A stretch of DNA of 64,000 nucleotides from Harriotta raleighana (taxonomy: Eukaryota): assembly GCA_050575255.1 (NCBI GenBank), contig JBNZDD010013620.1:948274-1012273 (forward strand). The letters are read 5' to 3'. The position numbers were made by a program, and so were the translations under genes. The notes below the pieces were generated by a model that did not search any database, was not told the origin of the DNA, and saw nothing but the letters and a program-made list of their open reading frames with translations. Below are positions 51,801 to 64,000 of this stretch, in pieces (the stretch's first letter is position 1; every line of letters begins with the position of its first letter).

Positions 51801-53759
51801 TGGATGCTGTTTAATGCCTCTGGTCCATAGTGTGTACCATTACTTCATCAAGCATGACATGCACAAGGGGAACTGCATCTTGTCAAGTACTCCATCAGAA
51901 AAAACTTTGATGACCTTTTGAACCTTACTCGTGTCTCTCATCGAGTGATTTTCAAAGAGCTTTCAAGTGTAGATTTACACCCATCAAGCTTGACATCCTC
52001 CCGACATGAAAGGCGCTCTATGAATGTAACGTTGTTGTTTTTGTTGATATTAGAACCGCATAAGACACGTGTGCAGTATTTACTGTTTTTCCGTAAAAGT
52101 TTGCATTCATTCAAATCTGCTGCTGTAAGACTCATGTAAGATGCCACATTCTGTATTATAAAAATATTTTGCGAAGATGCTTTGAGGCATCTACAGGACG
52201 CAAAAAGTGCTGTATCAAATGCAAGGATTATTATTATAAATGATGGAAGCCATGCACAGGAATGGATTTGAGAACGGCACATACAGATTGATATTAACTT
52301 AAATAATTTTTCAATTAACGTCAATATTCATTTCATATCTCATTCATCGTTAAAAAGATAAGCAGCTCAATGATTTTGTATAAGTGATTTAGATCTCCAT
52401 GTATAGAGTGTTCCTTTAATTCAAAGTATTTCAATCATGTTACAGCACTTTAATGTGACAATTTGCATTTGTATCACACCCTTCAATGTGGGGTGGCGTA
52501 TGAGAGCACTTAAAAGTGTTCAAACTTCCCCCGTCTCATCAGACAGAGCCTAGACACTAGAGAAGAGAAAATGCATATCATTTTGATGGGATTAAAAATG
52601 TCAGATTGTCTCCCAGGGAATGATATAAGAATTAACATGAGCTGTGGACAATTCTTTGAAAAGAGCTAGAACGTGTAGGGGAAAACATTTCTATCCAAAC
52701 TGTTTCTCCCAAAAGTTGATTTGAACAGAAATACTAAAGTTGTCAGGAAGATGAGTAAGGCCAGGATACTGGAACTCATTTAGTGAAACATTCCTTGATG
52801 CTATGATGGAAACATGGTAGGATGGTAGAAAGGATGAGATCAGATGGGCTGAAGGCTCTTCTTCAGTCAAATCAACCTTGTAAGCAGAAAGGAGTTTCTT
52901 CACCATTGGAAGTAATGCAATTAAAATTTCATATGCGAGAGTAACAGAAATTGCTGTAACTACTCTAGTATGAATCCTCTGTGAGGGTTACCAATGGAAA
53001 CCTACTGCACCATAGCAACAACATAAACTTTACTGCATTACAAGACTGAATTGCGGAGTGCTCTGTTAAAACAAGTACTGATAATCATGATACCAATCCT
53101 TGCATTTGATATGGCTCCTTATCACTTCTTAAATGTTTCACAGGATATGTTGTAAAGTGTAGTGACTGTACATTAAATAGAACAATTAAAAATGTAAATA
53201 AATAAAGAATGAGGAATAAAACGTCACCAGTACACTCAGCAAATAGTTAACTATCAACACAGATTAATAGTTTTGCTAGTACTCCTGTATCGATAAACAA
53301 CTGACCTCCACTATATAGGCAAATAAGTGATCCTGTATATGTACATAACACAGTTACAATAAAAAAATTCTAAAAAGGAAATAAACATTTCTCCTTGTGG
53401 TTACTTTACCTGAAGCTTGTTTCACAGGATGAGTGAAAAGCTGTGAGGAAAATCTATTTTTATAAGTTACAATAAAAATGACTTGCATGTTGACAGCACG
53501 TTTCATGTCGGAAAACAACTCAAACAAATTCTGTTTGCTGCCTTGAATTTAGATATACAGTAATGGGGTAAAGCATGTGTTTTAGAAGAAAATCGTGTCT
53601 TCACGTTATTTAAGCGCTCTAAGACAGTGCCTGGGATACAGGCTGCTATATAAATACAAGTTGTTGCTGTATATATTCCATAAAGATTTCAGTCATTTTT
53701 GCACATTACTGTACATTAAAAAGCCACTGGTTGTGAAATCAGCATGATAAATGGAATAT

Positions 53760-54010
53760 CACAAAGTGGTTGTGAGGAGGTGGGGTGATATCAACCGGAG
53801 TGACACTCCAGGTTACAAGCAAATGAGATACCCTGCAAAGTTCGCCTGTATGGATGTCGACTCAAGCCAGTCTGGCCTTTGACAATTAAATAGCTTGCTG
53901 ATGTCCTAACTCACACATTAGAATTCGCCACTTGCATGTGTTCGCAGAGGCTACCTGGCATTCTAGAGCAGAAAGCCAGCAAATGCTGAAGAAGGGAGAA
54001 AATCTGTGGG
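53760..54010 (+). repeat. Old SINE-like repeat 3' region (family also hosting the 55731 insertion)
   Basis: aatagcttgctg...ctcacacattagaattcgccacttg...ggagaaaat; weak similarity to ~55600-55980 and ~8050-8090. Confidence 0.4.
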
Positions 54011-54036
54011 GAAAAGTAAAGGATATATTTTGACCT

Positions 54037-54265
54037 TACAACAACAACAACAAGATTGCATTTATAGAGCGCGTTTCATGTCGGGAGGACGTCCCAAGGC
54101 GCTGGACAGTTGGTTTAGGACCCGAGCAGGGGGAAATGTTCAGGGCGAGGGTAGGGGAGGGAGGGAGCGAGGAGGGGGTAGAGAGTCGAGTGGGGAGCTG
54201 AAGGCATTGTCGAAGAGAAAGGTCTTGAGACCAGCCTTGAAAGAGGAAAGGGAGGAAGCGAAATG
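54037..54265 (-). mobile_element. L2 3' end
   Basis: (aca)n, terminus gtcgggaggacgtcccaaggcgctggacag, purine-rich UTR. Confidence 0.85.
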
Positions 54266-55730
54266 CATGTGGGAAGCATCAATTATGGATAAACAGTATA
54301 TATATATATTTCCTAAACTGCCACCACTACCTTATTACAATTCTATAAATGCATGTTATAAAATGCTCTACATTGCTTTCAGGCATGACAATTGTTAAAT
54401 ATAATTCTAAAATTCAGAATTTGTGGCATTAGGTATTAACAACTTTAGTGAATTCTCAGGGGAATCCTGTGGGTGGGGTGGGGGGTTAAGTAGGATTATT
54501 TAAACTTACACTAATACTGTGTCGGCATGCAAACAGAATTGCACAGTAACTGGGAAAAAAAATGCAAATATCAAATAATAATAATAATGTTGCTGAATTC
54601 TCCCAGGAGGTATAATCTGGTAAGTCTCTCTACCAGAAAATTAAAGGTGATATTTGCCTTGCTGCATTAGGCTACACTGTAGTGACACAAGCTTCTTGCA
54701 GCAGATGTCATTTATGCGTGTCTAATTTTATCGGTAACCTCAGGGAATGCATCTTTTAGCACTCAGCGCTGAAATTCACACTTTCTCTTTCCATAAACAT
54801 GGGGAATAGATTACTTACAATTGAAAGAGCCAAGCTAAGTGGCCTGGAAACAAGTAGACAAGCAACATACAGGGGAGTGAAGGAAATGCCAAAGGGCAGC
54901 CAGAGTTTCTTACAGGTTTTTAAACTGCTGCAGCGTATGAATGATGGGTAGAATGCAGCACTATTTTAACATGGGAAAAGGTAGAAGGTTTAAATAAAAT
55001 ACAGCTCTCAGATAGGAACAATGGGAAGCCGAACACATCTAGCCATTAATCCATGCATTTATTCCCATTCATCAAATTCGCATTGAAATGATGTTCAATG
55101 TGAATTTTCTGTTTCTTAAAAAAGAAAGTATGTCCATTCATGCAGTGAAAGTATGGTCCTTGAAATAGAAAGTATCTTTCGGGAAAACGAAAAGGCAAGA
55201 CTGTTCTTTTTAATGGTCTGTCTGGATATTTCCCAAATGAAAAACGTACACAACACAATCTTTTGTTAATAATAATCATCATCAATATGACCATTTCATC
55301 ACTTAGTCTTGGAATAAATCGTCAAAATTAAAGCCAGAAATTTTTCTTTTGTCTGGTTTTCGACTTTCGACAAAATATCATGGCAAAGACAACGTGCAGG
55401 TTTCACTCCATTTGCAGTCACTCCACATCTAGTTGGAAGAGAAAGACGAGGGATAAGGAAGGAGACCAAAATGTATTAATGATCAACAACTGAAGTTTTG
55501 AAACATTGGCCAATGTGGAATTTACCAATACAGATCGGGAAGGTTACTGGTTTGATCACCGATCTCTGACACTATAGGTCTAAGAGGATTATAATTGATC
55601 CAAGTGCACTTTGTCCTGGGAGAGGAAAACTAAAGCACTCAAGCTACCCATTCCTCATTGCTCTCTAGCGAGTACGGCTGTAGAATGCACACGTATGGGC
55701 ATTGAGCAAGGCAGAATTAGATTGAGCTGT

Positions 55731-55944
55731 AACCAAAACAGAAATCGCCTGGAACACTCGGCAAGTCAGGCAGCATCTGTGGAGAAAGGAAAAGTGAGTC
55801 AACATTTCGGGTCCACGGCCCATCTTCAATGTTGACTCACTTTCCCTTGCTCCACAGATGCTGTCTGAACTTGTTGAGTGTTCCCAGCGATTTCTGTTTT
55901 TGTTTCAGATTTCCAGCATCTGCGGTATTTTGCGTTTTGGTTTC
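55731..55944. mobile_element. Penelope-derived fold-back element with 12-bp TSD
   Basis: Inverted arms; TSD agattgagctgt 55719-55730 and agactgagctgt 55945-55956. Confidence 0.82.
55796..55829 (-). ncRNA. Degenerate minimal hammerhead core
   Basis: Reverse complement TTGAAGA-tgggccgtggaccc-GAAAT-GTT-gactc. Confidence 0.45.
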
Positions 55945-57194
55945 AGACTGAGCTGTGATGGCTTTCAAATCAAATATAGAAGAGTGAGTTAAGGCACAGT
56001 AATGGATGTCACTTATCAAACGTAGAACTGTATCCCCACCAATATTAATATAGTACTTTCAAGAAAAAATGTGCAATTGGAAGGAGAAACAAATGATACT
56101 TTGTTGACGCTTCTACCACAGGGTGGTATCCATGTTTTTGAAGTTAGAAGAATTGGGAGACAATATAAGTTTACAGTTAGGCCACTGACAATGAATTTGC
56201 CCTATATTGTCAAGACAAACATATAATAGTGATAATATTATTACGATCAAGCAGTCAGCTTTGCTCATTTTTTATACCAGAAGGTCATCAGTGCAGAATC
56301 AATGGACGTGTCTACAGGGGAAAAAGTAAACACTCAGGAAGTAATGATGTAAAGGTAAATGGTGAAACGTAGAGAAATTGGATCATACGATTTGCAATGA
56401 TCTGATAAATTGGTGAAACAGGAACAATGGCTGAATGGCCTCTGCTTGTTCCTGTGCTGTCTTGACCAGAGATCAAATTAGGTTGAACAAGCTTTTTGAT
56501 TTACTCCGCAGCTTTTGAAACTCAAACAGCTGTTGGCATGGCAACCTGAGTCTGCACACTTAATCCAACAGTGCGATTACAACATTTGAGAGAAGCAAAT
56601 AAAGGATCAGAAGTTAAAAAAAATTCAAGCACGGTACATAATTGTTCAAAGCTTGACTTTACATTTAAATTTGACTTTCTATTAAACCATCAGTTTCAAG
56701 CCCTAGCTTTTATTCCAATGCGAAACATCCAAATCAAAAGAGGAAAAACATTCCCTTCATCTAATTGTAGCTTTTGAAACAAACGCTATAGAACTCACGA
56801 CTATCTGAGAACATACTCTGTAAAGCAGCCTCTTGACTTTTAGGGATTCAGCACTGTTCCTGTGACAGACAGAGACTGTCAGACATTGCCAGACACACTC
56901 TGCTTTGCATTCAAATACAAAAAGCATCATCAATCCTATTAATTGCTCTTAATAGAGGCAGTGTCACACTGAAAAGAGGTTGGCTGTATTTTAAATGATG
57001 CAACTCATTTTGGAAATGTTTTCCTAAAGTGTCCAATGAAGATATTTTGCTCATCTTTGCTGAGGCCATATTTATAAAATGTACATACATCAGCAGTTGA
57101 TGTCTGCGGAGTGCAAACTCTTCCAGTGATTAACTTGGCAGCTTTGACATAGGCTTGAGCAGAGCCTAAGCTGCTGTGAAACTCCCTGAAATTG

Positions 57195-57310
57195 TAACAG
57201 CAAAATTACATCTGTAGAGTGCCTTTCGTGTCGGGAGGACATCCCAAGCTGAACAGTCAGGCGCCGGGACCTGAGAACGGGGACTGTGTTGGTGGTGGTG
57301 GGGAAGGGGT
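57195..57310 (-). mobile_element. L2 terminus
   Basis: gtgcctttcgtgtcgggaggacatcccaag. Confidence 0.7.
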
Positions 57311-58399
57311 TAGAAGATTCCCCTCTCACAGAGGCCTCCGCAAAACAGTATCATCTGGCGGAATCCTCCTTCCAAAATGCTGCTCCAATTATAAAGGTCA
57401 GTATTTACATCTGAATTATATTCGTATCCTCTTTGTGTGCGTCCTTGCTGCCATTAAAAGCTGCCTGAAGGACAGAGGACTAAAGTAGGGCTGGCACTGA
57501 ACATTCACAAGATGGCTCCATAATAATACTTGAATTCGATTCAGTGTCTTATCATGACTTTGAGACGACTCAAAGACCTTCACAAAATAAACCGTAAAGT
57601 GAATTGACTATATTTTGTGGATGGAATGTCTACAAAATAATACTGCTAAAACTGTGTGAAACTGGAGGATCTCAAAGGAGGTAAGGGCAGTAATTAAAAG
57701 GAAGGGTTACTCAGCACGACATGAAATATTGAACTGCAAGAGATTTCAAATATTTATATTTATTACATGGAATGCTGCTAATATCACACAATTATGTAAC
57801 CAGATCCTTTACAAGATGATGGAAGTACTCAATCGATTGGTGAATTGTTCATTGCCTAACTTTCCTCTCGCCGTTAGATTCATCAAGGAAGAGTGTTGCT
57901 CGATACCCTTGACCCAATGACACTGGATGCACAAAGCATGAACATATTCTGCAGATTTACACAGCACATTGCACTACACTGTCAGTAAATAATAGTGAAG
58001 AGTTATGTAATGATCTTTTTATTAATATAACAAAACAGAAAATCACAAAACAAAGATTAAGGATCATTACTAACCTGAGAAACCTCTAGGTACATTGCAC
58101 AATATTGTCAGTTACAAGTATATACTGGTAATGAACCATTAAACCGCAAGTACATATCTATGTAAATGAGTTTTTCCTTAATGTCCATCTATGTAAATTA
58201 GCATTGCCTTAATGTACTCAAATGGAGAAACACAATAGAGAACAAAGATTGTTCTATAAGTTAATCAGAGATAATTAACCATGCAACATTTAAATTTTCT
58301 CGTTACACTTTACCAGTTCAGCTATTTCATAACAATTGCCCACAAAAAACATACATTATCAATTGGCAGAGAGCCTATGCCAGTTGCACTTTCACACTG

Positions 58400-58560
58400 T
58401 CACAGAATCATAGAATATTATAGCACAGAAAGAAACCATTCTGTACATCGAGCCTGCGCCAGCTCTTTGGCGTACCCAATCAGTCACACTCCCTTTCTCT
58501 CCCCATAGCCTTGCAATTTTTTTCCTTTTCAAGTATCTAGCTAAATTTGTCTTCTGAAAG
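58400..58560 (-). mobile_element. CR1 3' UTR (followed by an L2 terminus to ~58630)
   Basis: agaatcatagaatattatagcacagaaagaaaccattc...cctttctctccccatagcc. Confidence 0.75.
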
Positions 58561-59454
58561 CTCTCGCCAACAACAACAAATTATATTAGTAATAATGCCT
58601 TTCACATTGGGAGGACATCCCAAGGCACGATAAAAACCTGCAGCCAATACTCTGTTAACCATACCCCAAGGAGTGAGTATGCATTCCATTCCGGATACAG
58701 GGAAATTTCAAATTGTATATTGTATTTCAATCATATATATGGAACACTCGTTCTGGTTTGGCTATTTTTAAGCTGGGTGATGGGTTTTGCACAATATTGT
58801 CAGACACTTAAGTAACCAAACAATCCCCCTGAAGAATAAGAGACAGTCTGAATTTCAAGCTTTGTATTTTTCATGGTTGAGAGTTGGTGATGCAAATGGC
58901 AAGGCTGTGCAGGCCCCAAACCCCAAAGTTGGGGTCAAGTTTAGTTATGGCTCCAATACAATTTGAGGCAGAGGCTTCCACATCTTTCAACTGCTGGAAG
59001 CTAAACTACTTCACTTCCAACAGAATAAATGTAGCGTGAAATTTCATCGATTCTCAGAGATGAATTATGACAAAGATATCGGCTAATCACGTAGGAAAAC
59101 AACTTCTCAAGAATGTGGTGAATTATTAATACTGTATTTTTTACTTTTCTGTTCCTCCACAAGAGGTAATAACATTTCCCACAATGTCACACAGAAATGC
59201 AATCCTGCCAAGTCTGTGATCACTGTCAATGTAATCACTGAAACCATCCGTCTTTTAATCCTTGATAATAATCGGATCAAACCAAAATGTAGCTTTTCGA
59301 ACTACTGTACTGTGAACAATTTGTATTTAAGAGTTGCTAGTCGAAAGAAGACCAACGTCCATCCAGTTCACTTTCCACCATTCTGCATGCACACGTCATG
59401 CCACAAACTATAAACAGTACTTGTATACTAAATAGATTTCTATTTGAAATAGTG

Positions 59455-59838
59455 CCTTGCATGTTATAAGACATCTCAAAGCTTCCCAGGATTCAACGGT
59501 AAAGTGCAGTTACTTTATATTTCATAGGCTGCCGCAAACAATTTGCACAGAGCAACATCTCACAAACAGACAAAAAAAAATATTTTATCCGGGGATTGCT
59601 GGTCAGATATTGAGAGAAACACTTCTCATTTTGGATAGTTTAATGGGATCTCTCAATCTCTCATTTCTCTGAACAGAGAAATAGGATCTCTGTTTCTGAA
59701 GCATGGCACTCCAACATTGCAACACTCCCCCAGCCCTCTATTGGAGTGTCGGCTTGGACTACGAGTTTAAACTCTCGACGTGAGGTATCAACCCACAACG
59801 TTTTGACTCAGAGATGAGAATTTTACCAACTGAGCCAG
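59455..59838 (-). mobile_element. Deu-domain SINE, near full length, degenerate
   Basis: Reverse complement begins tggctcagttggtaaaattctcatctctgagtcaaaacgttgtgg, then ccgacactccaat and Deu remnants. Confidence 0.75.
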
Positions 59839-60069
59839 ATGGACAAACAATGTGATTCATGCAAAGAGTTAATACATGCAACACTTTGCCACCAGTGGCA
59901 AATGCCCCTATGAATATTTCAAACAGAATCAGATAAACAAGAGCAAGCAAAAGACAAAAGGTAAACAGGACTTTAAATCAAAGCTCTTATAGTTCAATGT
60001 TTCATGCTGTAATTTGCTTGATTCTATGAAAACTCTGGTATTGGTTGTTGATCTATCCTCATAATTTCA

Positions 60070-60372
60070 CAATGCCATCCGTCAAATGAGACAATAAACC
60101 AAAGTCCCATGTGTCTGTTCAGGTGGATGTTAAAGCCACCACTATCTCATGGCAGTATTCGCAAAGCAAAGGGAGTTTCTTCCTGAGTCCTGGCCAGCAA
60201 TCCCCTAAATAATATTGGTCACTCACTCCATGGCAGTTTGTGGCACGTTGCTGTGTGCAACTGGCTGCCATGTTCGTCCAAAAAATACAGTCAATACAGT
60301 ATATGACGCCAAATGCTTTGAGATGTCTCAACAACGTGATAAGGTTCTATGTCAAATGCAAGGATTATGTTA
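60070..60372 (+). mobile_element. Deu-domain SINE 3' part
   Basis: ctgttcaggtggatgttaaag...gggagtttcttcctgagtcctggccagcaatccc plus core and tail. Confidence 0.8.
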
Positions 60373-61891
60373 TAAATAATATTCACCCCCAGTTGATTTC
60401 CATCTTTTGGGGATGATATTTTAAAGATTTCATATAATTTGTCTGACTAGTTGACCAATTAAAGGAATAAATAATGGTGGCAATTAAACGTGAATTTATA
60501 CTATATATATATTTTTTAAATGATAGTAAACATACTTCACTGGCAAAATTATAAAGATCCAGAGATCAAAGCGTCATTGCTAGAATACAGTAGGGCGGAA
60601 AAGTGTCAGTCTCTAATCACTATCAGTCTGTGGAACACATGCCATCTAAAAAGAACATGAATAATGCAATAATTTAAATAAGTAATTTATAACAACAAAA
60701 TCCTGAAGTAAAGTAAGCCATTAATGCTGGAAAAAAAAACCTCTGGGAATTATACTATTAACCATTGACTCGATCGTGAGGAAGAGACAAATACATTTTT
60801 GGAAACATTTTCAGCTCAATTATAAATAAACTATTAAGTAAAGATCATGTCTCCTAATGCAGATCCAATTTATCCTTTTAGAGCAAGCCAGTTAGAAACG
60901 TGTAAGCACATTACAAGGAAACCTAACTTGTTGCCTTAATCGTGGACAAAGAGCTGACAAAGAGCAAACAGATGCTGGGTGGCAGATTGAGTAACTGAAA
61001 TGTCCATCAGCAATACTCCACACAATTCAATAATGATGCATTACCACTGCCATTAATACCCTCCATGCCTCTCTTTAGAATATGACCAGAAGCAGAGTTT
61101 TGTTTAATGATCAAAGAGATGACGTCAGACATAGCCATCTGTCTTCTATATGACCACAGAACCTAAGGCTGCGAAGATCTACTGGCTCAACGTACGTTGA
61201 TTACAATACTTCCAGGATGTGGCCTTTCCATGATTCTTTCCATATTAGTCAGGCCTCTGCTTTGGGTGACTGATCATTCTTTACTCATCTGCTTAAAATC
61301 CACCGGCTTTGAAGTAAGAAAAAATGGGAGTACATGATGTAGTCAGAAAGAGCTATTAACATGTTGTTTATTTCCTCACATCACAGCGGCAAGATTAAAA
61401 CCAATTTGCAACTACAAACGGAAGATAAATATGCCCAAAGTGAACTGCAGTAACACAGACTTGGCAGTGGAAAATAGGAATCTGGCTTTAATAGATGTGT
61501 AAAGCATATATTCTGTGCCATATGTAAATGCAAAGGAAAGGACAGGCAGACTGTACATGTGCACAGGAAATCAGGCAACTCACAGTCCGACATGTTGTAA
61601 CAGGGACTGGGGTAATTAAACGTGACTGCTCATGTTATAGAACAGCTCGTCAGCAACTCCAGGGTTGTTGGTGTCATTCCTGCCACCAAGCCCCATTGCA
61701 TTTGAATATCATGTACAGAAAGGCTGGTCAGCATCAACCACTTCTGACCTCAGTCCAGTCATCAGCCCTGGGGAGAGGAAGTAAAATATATGTAAATATA
61801 TCACTGTTCATGGAGTCCCAGGTTACCCGTGAACTCATGATAATTTCCATCAGGGTCAGACTCATTTGAACAATGGAAAGTTTGCTAATTA

Positions 61892-62257
61892 TAATAATAA
61901 TCATCTCGCATTTGGTATAGCACCCTATCACATCTTCAAGATGTCTCAAAGTGCTTTGCAGAATAGACTGTAAAGTGAATTGCCTGTACATTTTGTGGGT
62001 GAAACGCGTCAGCCATTTGCACATAACCGTGTCTCACAAATAGTCGTGAATTGAAGTGACCAACTTTTTTTTGGAAGGAATTATTGTCCCCAGAAAAGCC
62101 ATCTGCCTGTCAAATAACTACCAGGTTCCGACTTATTTCTAGGCAAAGAGAGGCTTGTGGAGTAATTAAATTTGCCCATATTTCACAGTGCCAGGAATCT
62201 AACCCAGGTCTCTTGCTTGCGAGACAAGTGCCCTAACCATTGAGCTGAAGGATTCCA
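61892..62257 (-). mobile_element. SINE variant B (CORE-like block), full length
   Basis: Tail, core, block ccaggttccgacttatttctaggcaaagagaggcttgtggagtaa, head ctaaccattgagctgaaggattcc. Confidence 0.8.
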
Positions 62258-62999
62258 CCAGATTGGTCGCTGGTTACATAATAAATTCCTTTGTTTGTTA
62301 ATCACTTGTACATAATTAAGTTACTTGTAATTCTTTCTATATGTGCTTACATATAGCTCACAAATAGTTGAGTTTATATATGGCACATAATATACCATAC
62401 ACAAATACTGTGCATTATCACTTTAACATTACCATGCAGAGGAAAACACTGATGCCTGCCACGTATTTCCCTGTGCAAATTATCAGTTCTCACGAGACCT
62501 GCAGTTTGACTAAGCAAATTAGCTTCAGTAGTGAAAATACTGTGTAAAAAAATGAAATTCCAGTTCCACTTTTTCTCAAAAACCAAGTTATGTATACATT
62601 TTATCAGTGAAAAGCAAAATTAGGTTTTCATTGATGAAATGTCAAAACTTCCCCCATCAGCATTCTGCAACTCACAGAATTCGGCTTCAATATATCACAG
62701 ATGTGCAGCCTTATTGAGTCCAAAGACGAGTACACGGAATGAGTTTACAACTGCAAAGCAAGTAAGACATTGATAGGCACACACTGAGCAAACCGAGAGC
62801 ATCCCCTGATTGCCAGACCACCACAAAGCAGCTTTCTGCTGTAATTAGGATTTTGTCATCATGCTGTCAAATAAAAGTAAAAATAACCCCTGTCTCAGTT
62901 TCAATTTAAGATATGTGATGGGATGGGATTTCACTGTTGAGAATCAGCTGCCCTGTTCCCTCGCAGGTTATGCATTGGCAAGTTCCAGTAACACTAGGT

Positions 63000-63340
63000 A
63001 TCTGTGCATTTGATACAGCATTGTAAGAATTCTGCTGAAATGACTCAAAGCGTTTCACAGCATGCAAAGGGGAATCACAGCATATTTTGGAGGTAAATGC
63101 AGCAACCAATTTGCATACATCCCCCACCACAAGCCCTCATGACGTGATTGATTGATTTTATCTGGAAGATTGTTGGCCGGAACATCGGGAAAACTTTCTT
63201 GTTTTTTCAAGTAGTTTCATGAGATCTTTAACATCTACCTGAATGGGCAGATGCAATCTCGTTTTGTCATCTATATCGAAGGGCAGCAAACTTGACAATG
63301 CAGCACATCTCAGGCTGCACTGGATTGTCAGCCTAGACTA
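63000..63340 (-). mobile_element. Deu-domain SINE
   Basis: gttggccggaacatcggg...gagatctttaacatctacctga...ctgcactggattgtcagcctaga. Confidence 0.75.
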
Positions 63341-63469
63341 AGAGCAGTACAGAAATATAAATCAATATTGCACTGGTATATTATTTTTTACCAATACATG
63401 AAATATTTATTTTCATCTGCTTTTTATGATTTTTTTTTTTAACAGGAAGCCAGGTTTGAGTTTGTGTAT

Positions 63470-63860
63470 AAAAGATAAACCCTCACCAGACTTGAATTCA
63501 TAATCAAGGCTGACATTTCAACCCAATACTGAGGGAACAGTGCATTGTTAGATGTGCTGTGTTCAGCTAAGATTTTAAACTAAGTGAAACACTGTCTACT
63601 TTTCTGATGAATGCCAAAGGCTCCAGGGCACAGTTTGAAAAATGGATTGTTCTCCATCATATTCTCCGCAATATTCCTCTCTCGTCCAAATTCACCCAAA
63701 ATAATCAACTTGGGTTATTCATTTCATTGCAGTTTGTGAAATGTCTCGAGTGCAGATTAGCTCCCACATTTGCCTCGATAACTATCATCACTAAATTCAG
63801 AATAATTTATTTTATGCAGCACTTCAAGATACTACGAAACAAGACACCTTATCAAATTAG
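63470..63860 (+). mobile_element. Deu-domain SINE (degenerate)
   Basis: ataatcaaggctgacatt...tactgagggaacagtgcattgttagatgtgctg... Confidence 0.7.
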
Positions 63861-64000
63861 TTTTATTCAGAACCCAATCTAATATCTGCAAGACTTAATC
63901 GTGATTCATGGCTCAATTACACTGCAGGTATTGTGTGGAGCCAGTCCTTGTAGCAGATTGCGAGGTTATACTAATCGTTCTGTATCATTCTCACCACAGA

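Noticed and set aside
55046-55294. 82-aa ORF in unique sequence
   Set aside because: No recognisable domain or convincing splice sites; more plausibly non-coding
59884-59901. CTCF-like palindrome tttgccaccagtggcaaa
   Set aside because: Spacing is one base short of the CTCF core; a short palindrome like this is expected by chance
1-64000. Prokaryotic-type systems (CRISPR, operons) or known miRNA genes
   Set aside because: The sequence is vertebrate non-coding DNA; I saw no regularly spaced repeat-spacer array and recognised no mature miRNA sequence by eye

Overview
This is a vertebrate non-coding window, most likely from a cartilaginous fish. The repeat complement resembles that described for chimaeras such as Callorhinchus; this is inferred from repeat families, not from a gene. 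I found no credible host protein-coding exon. Every ORF with recognisable homology is a decayed LINE fragment (L2 ORF2, CR1 ORF1/ORF2). The window is a mosaic of: (i) three related tRNA-derived SINE types (a young short type, a CORE-like variant and an older Deu-domain type) sharing an L2-type 3' end; (ii) 5'-truncated L2 and CR1 LINEs; (iii) three Penelope-derived remnants, two of them fold-back, carrying degenerate hammerhead-ribozyme cores; (iv) one probable hAT MITE; and (v) repeat-free AT-rich blocks with homeodomain/Sox/Pbx-Meis motifs that look like conserved non-coding enhancers of a gene desert or very large intron. A 2.1-kb near-identical duplication around an N gap and five short duplications around single 'n' characters are probably assembly artefacts. 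The best leads are the hammerhead-bearing fold-back elements with TSDs, a CR1(ORF1)-L2-CR1(ORF2) chimera with a microhomology junction, and an L2 subfamily whose 3' UTR carries the SINE core. I cannot support a wholly new biological system from the sequence alone. Repeat boundaries are approximate, read by eye.
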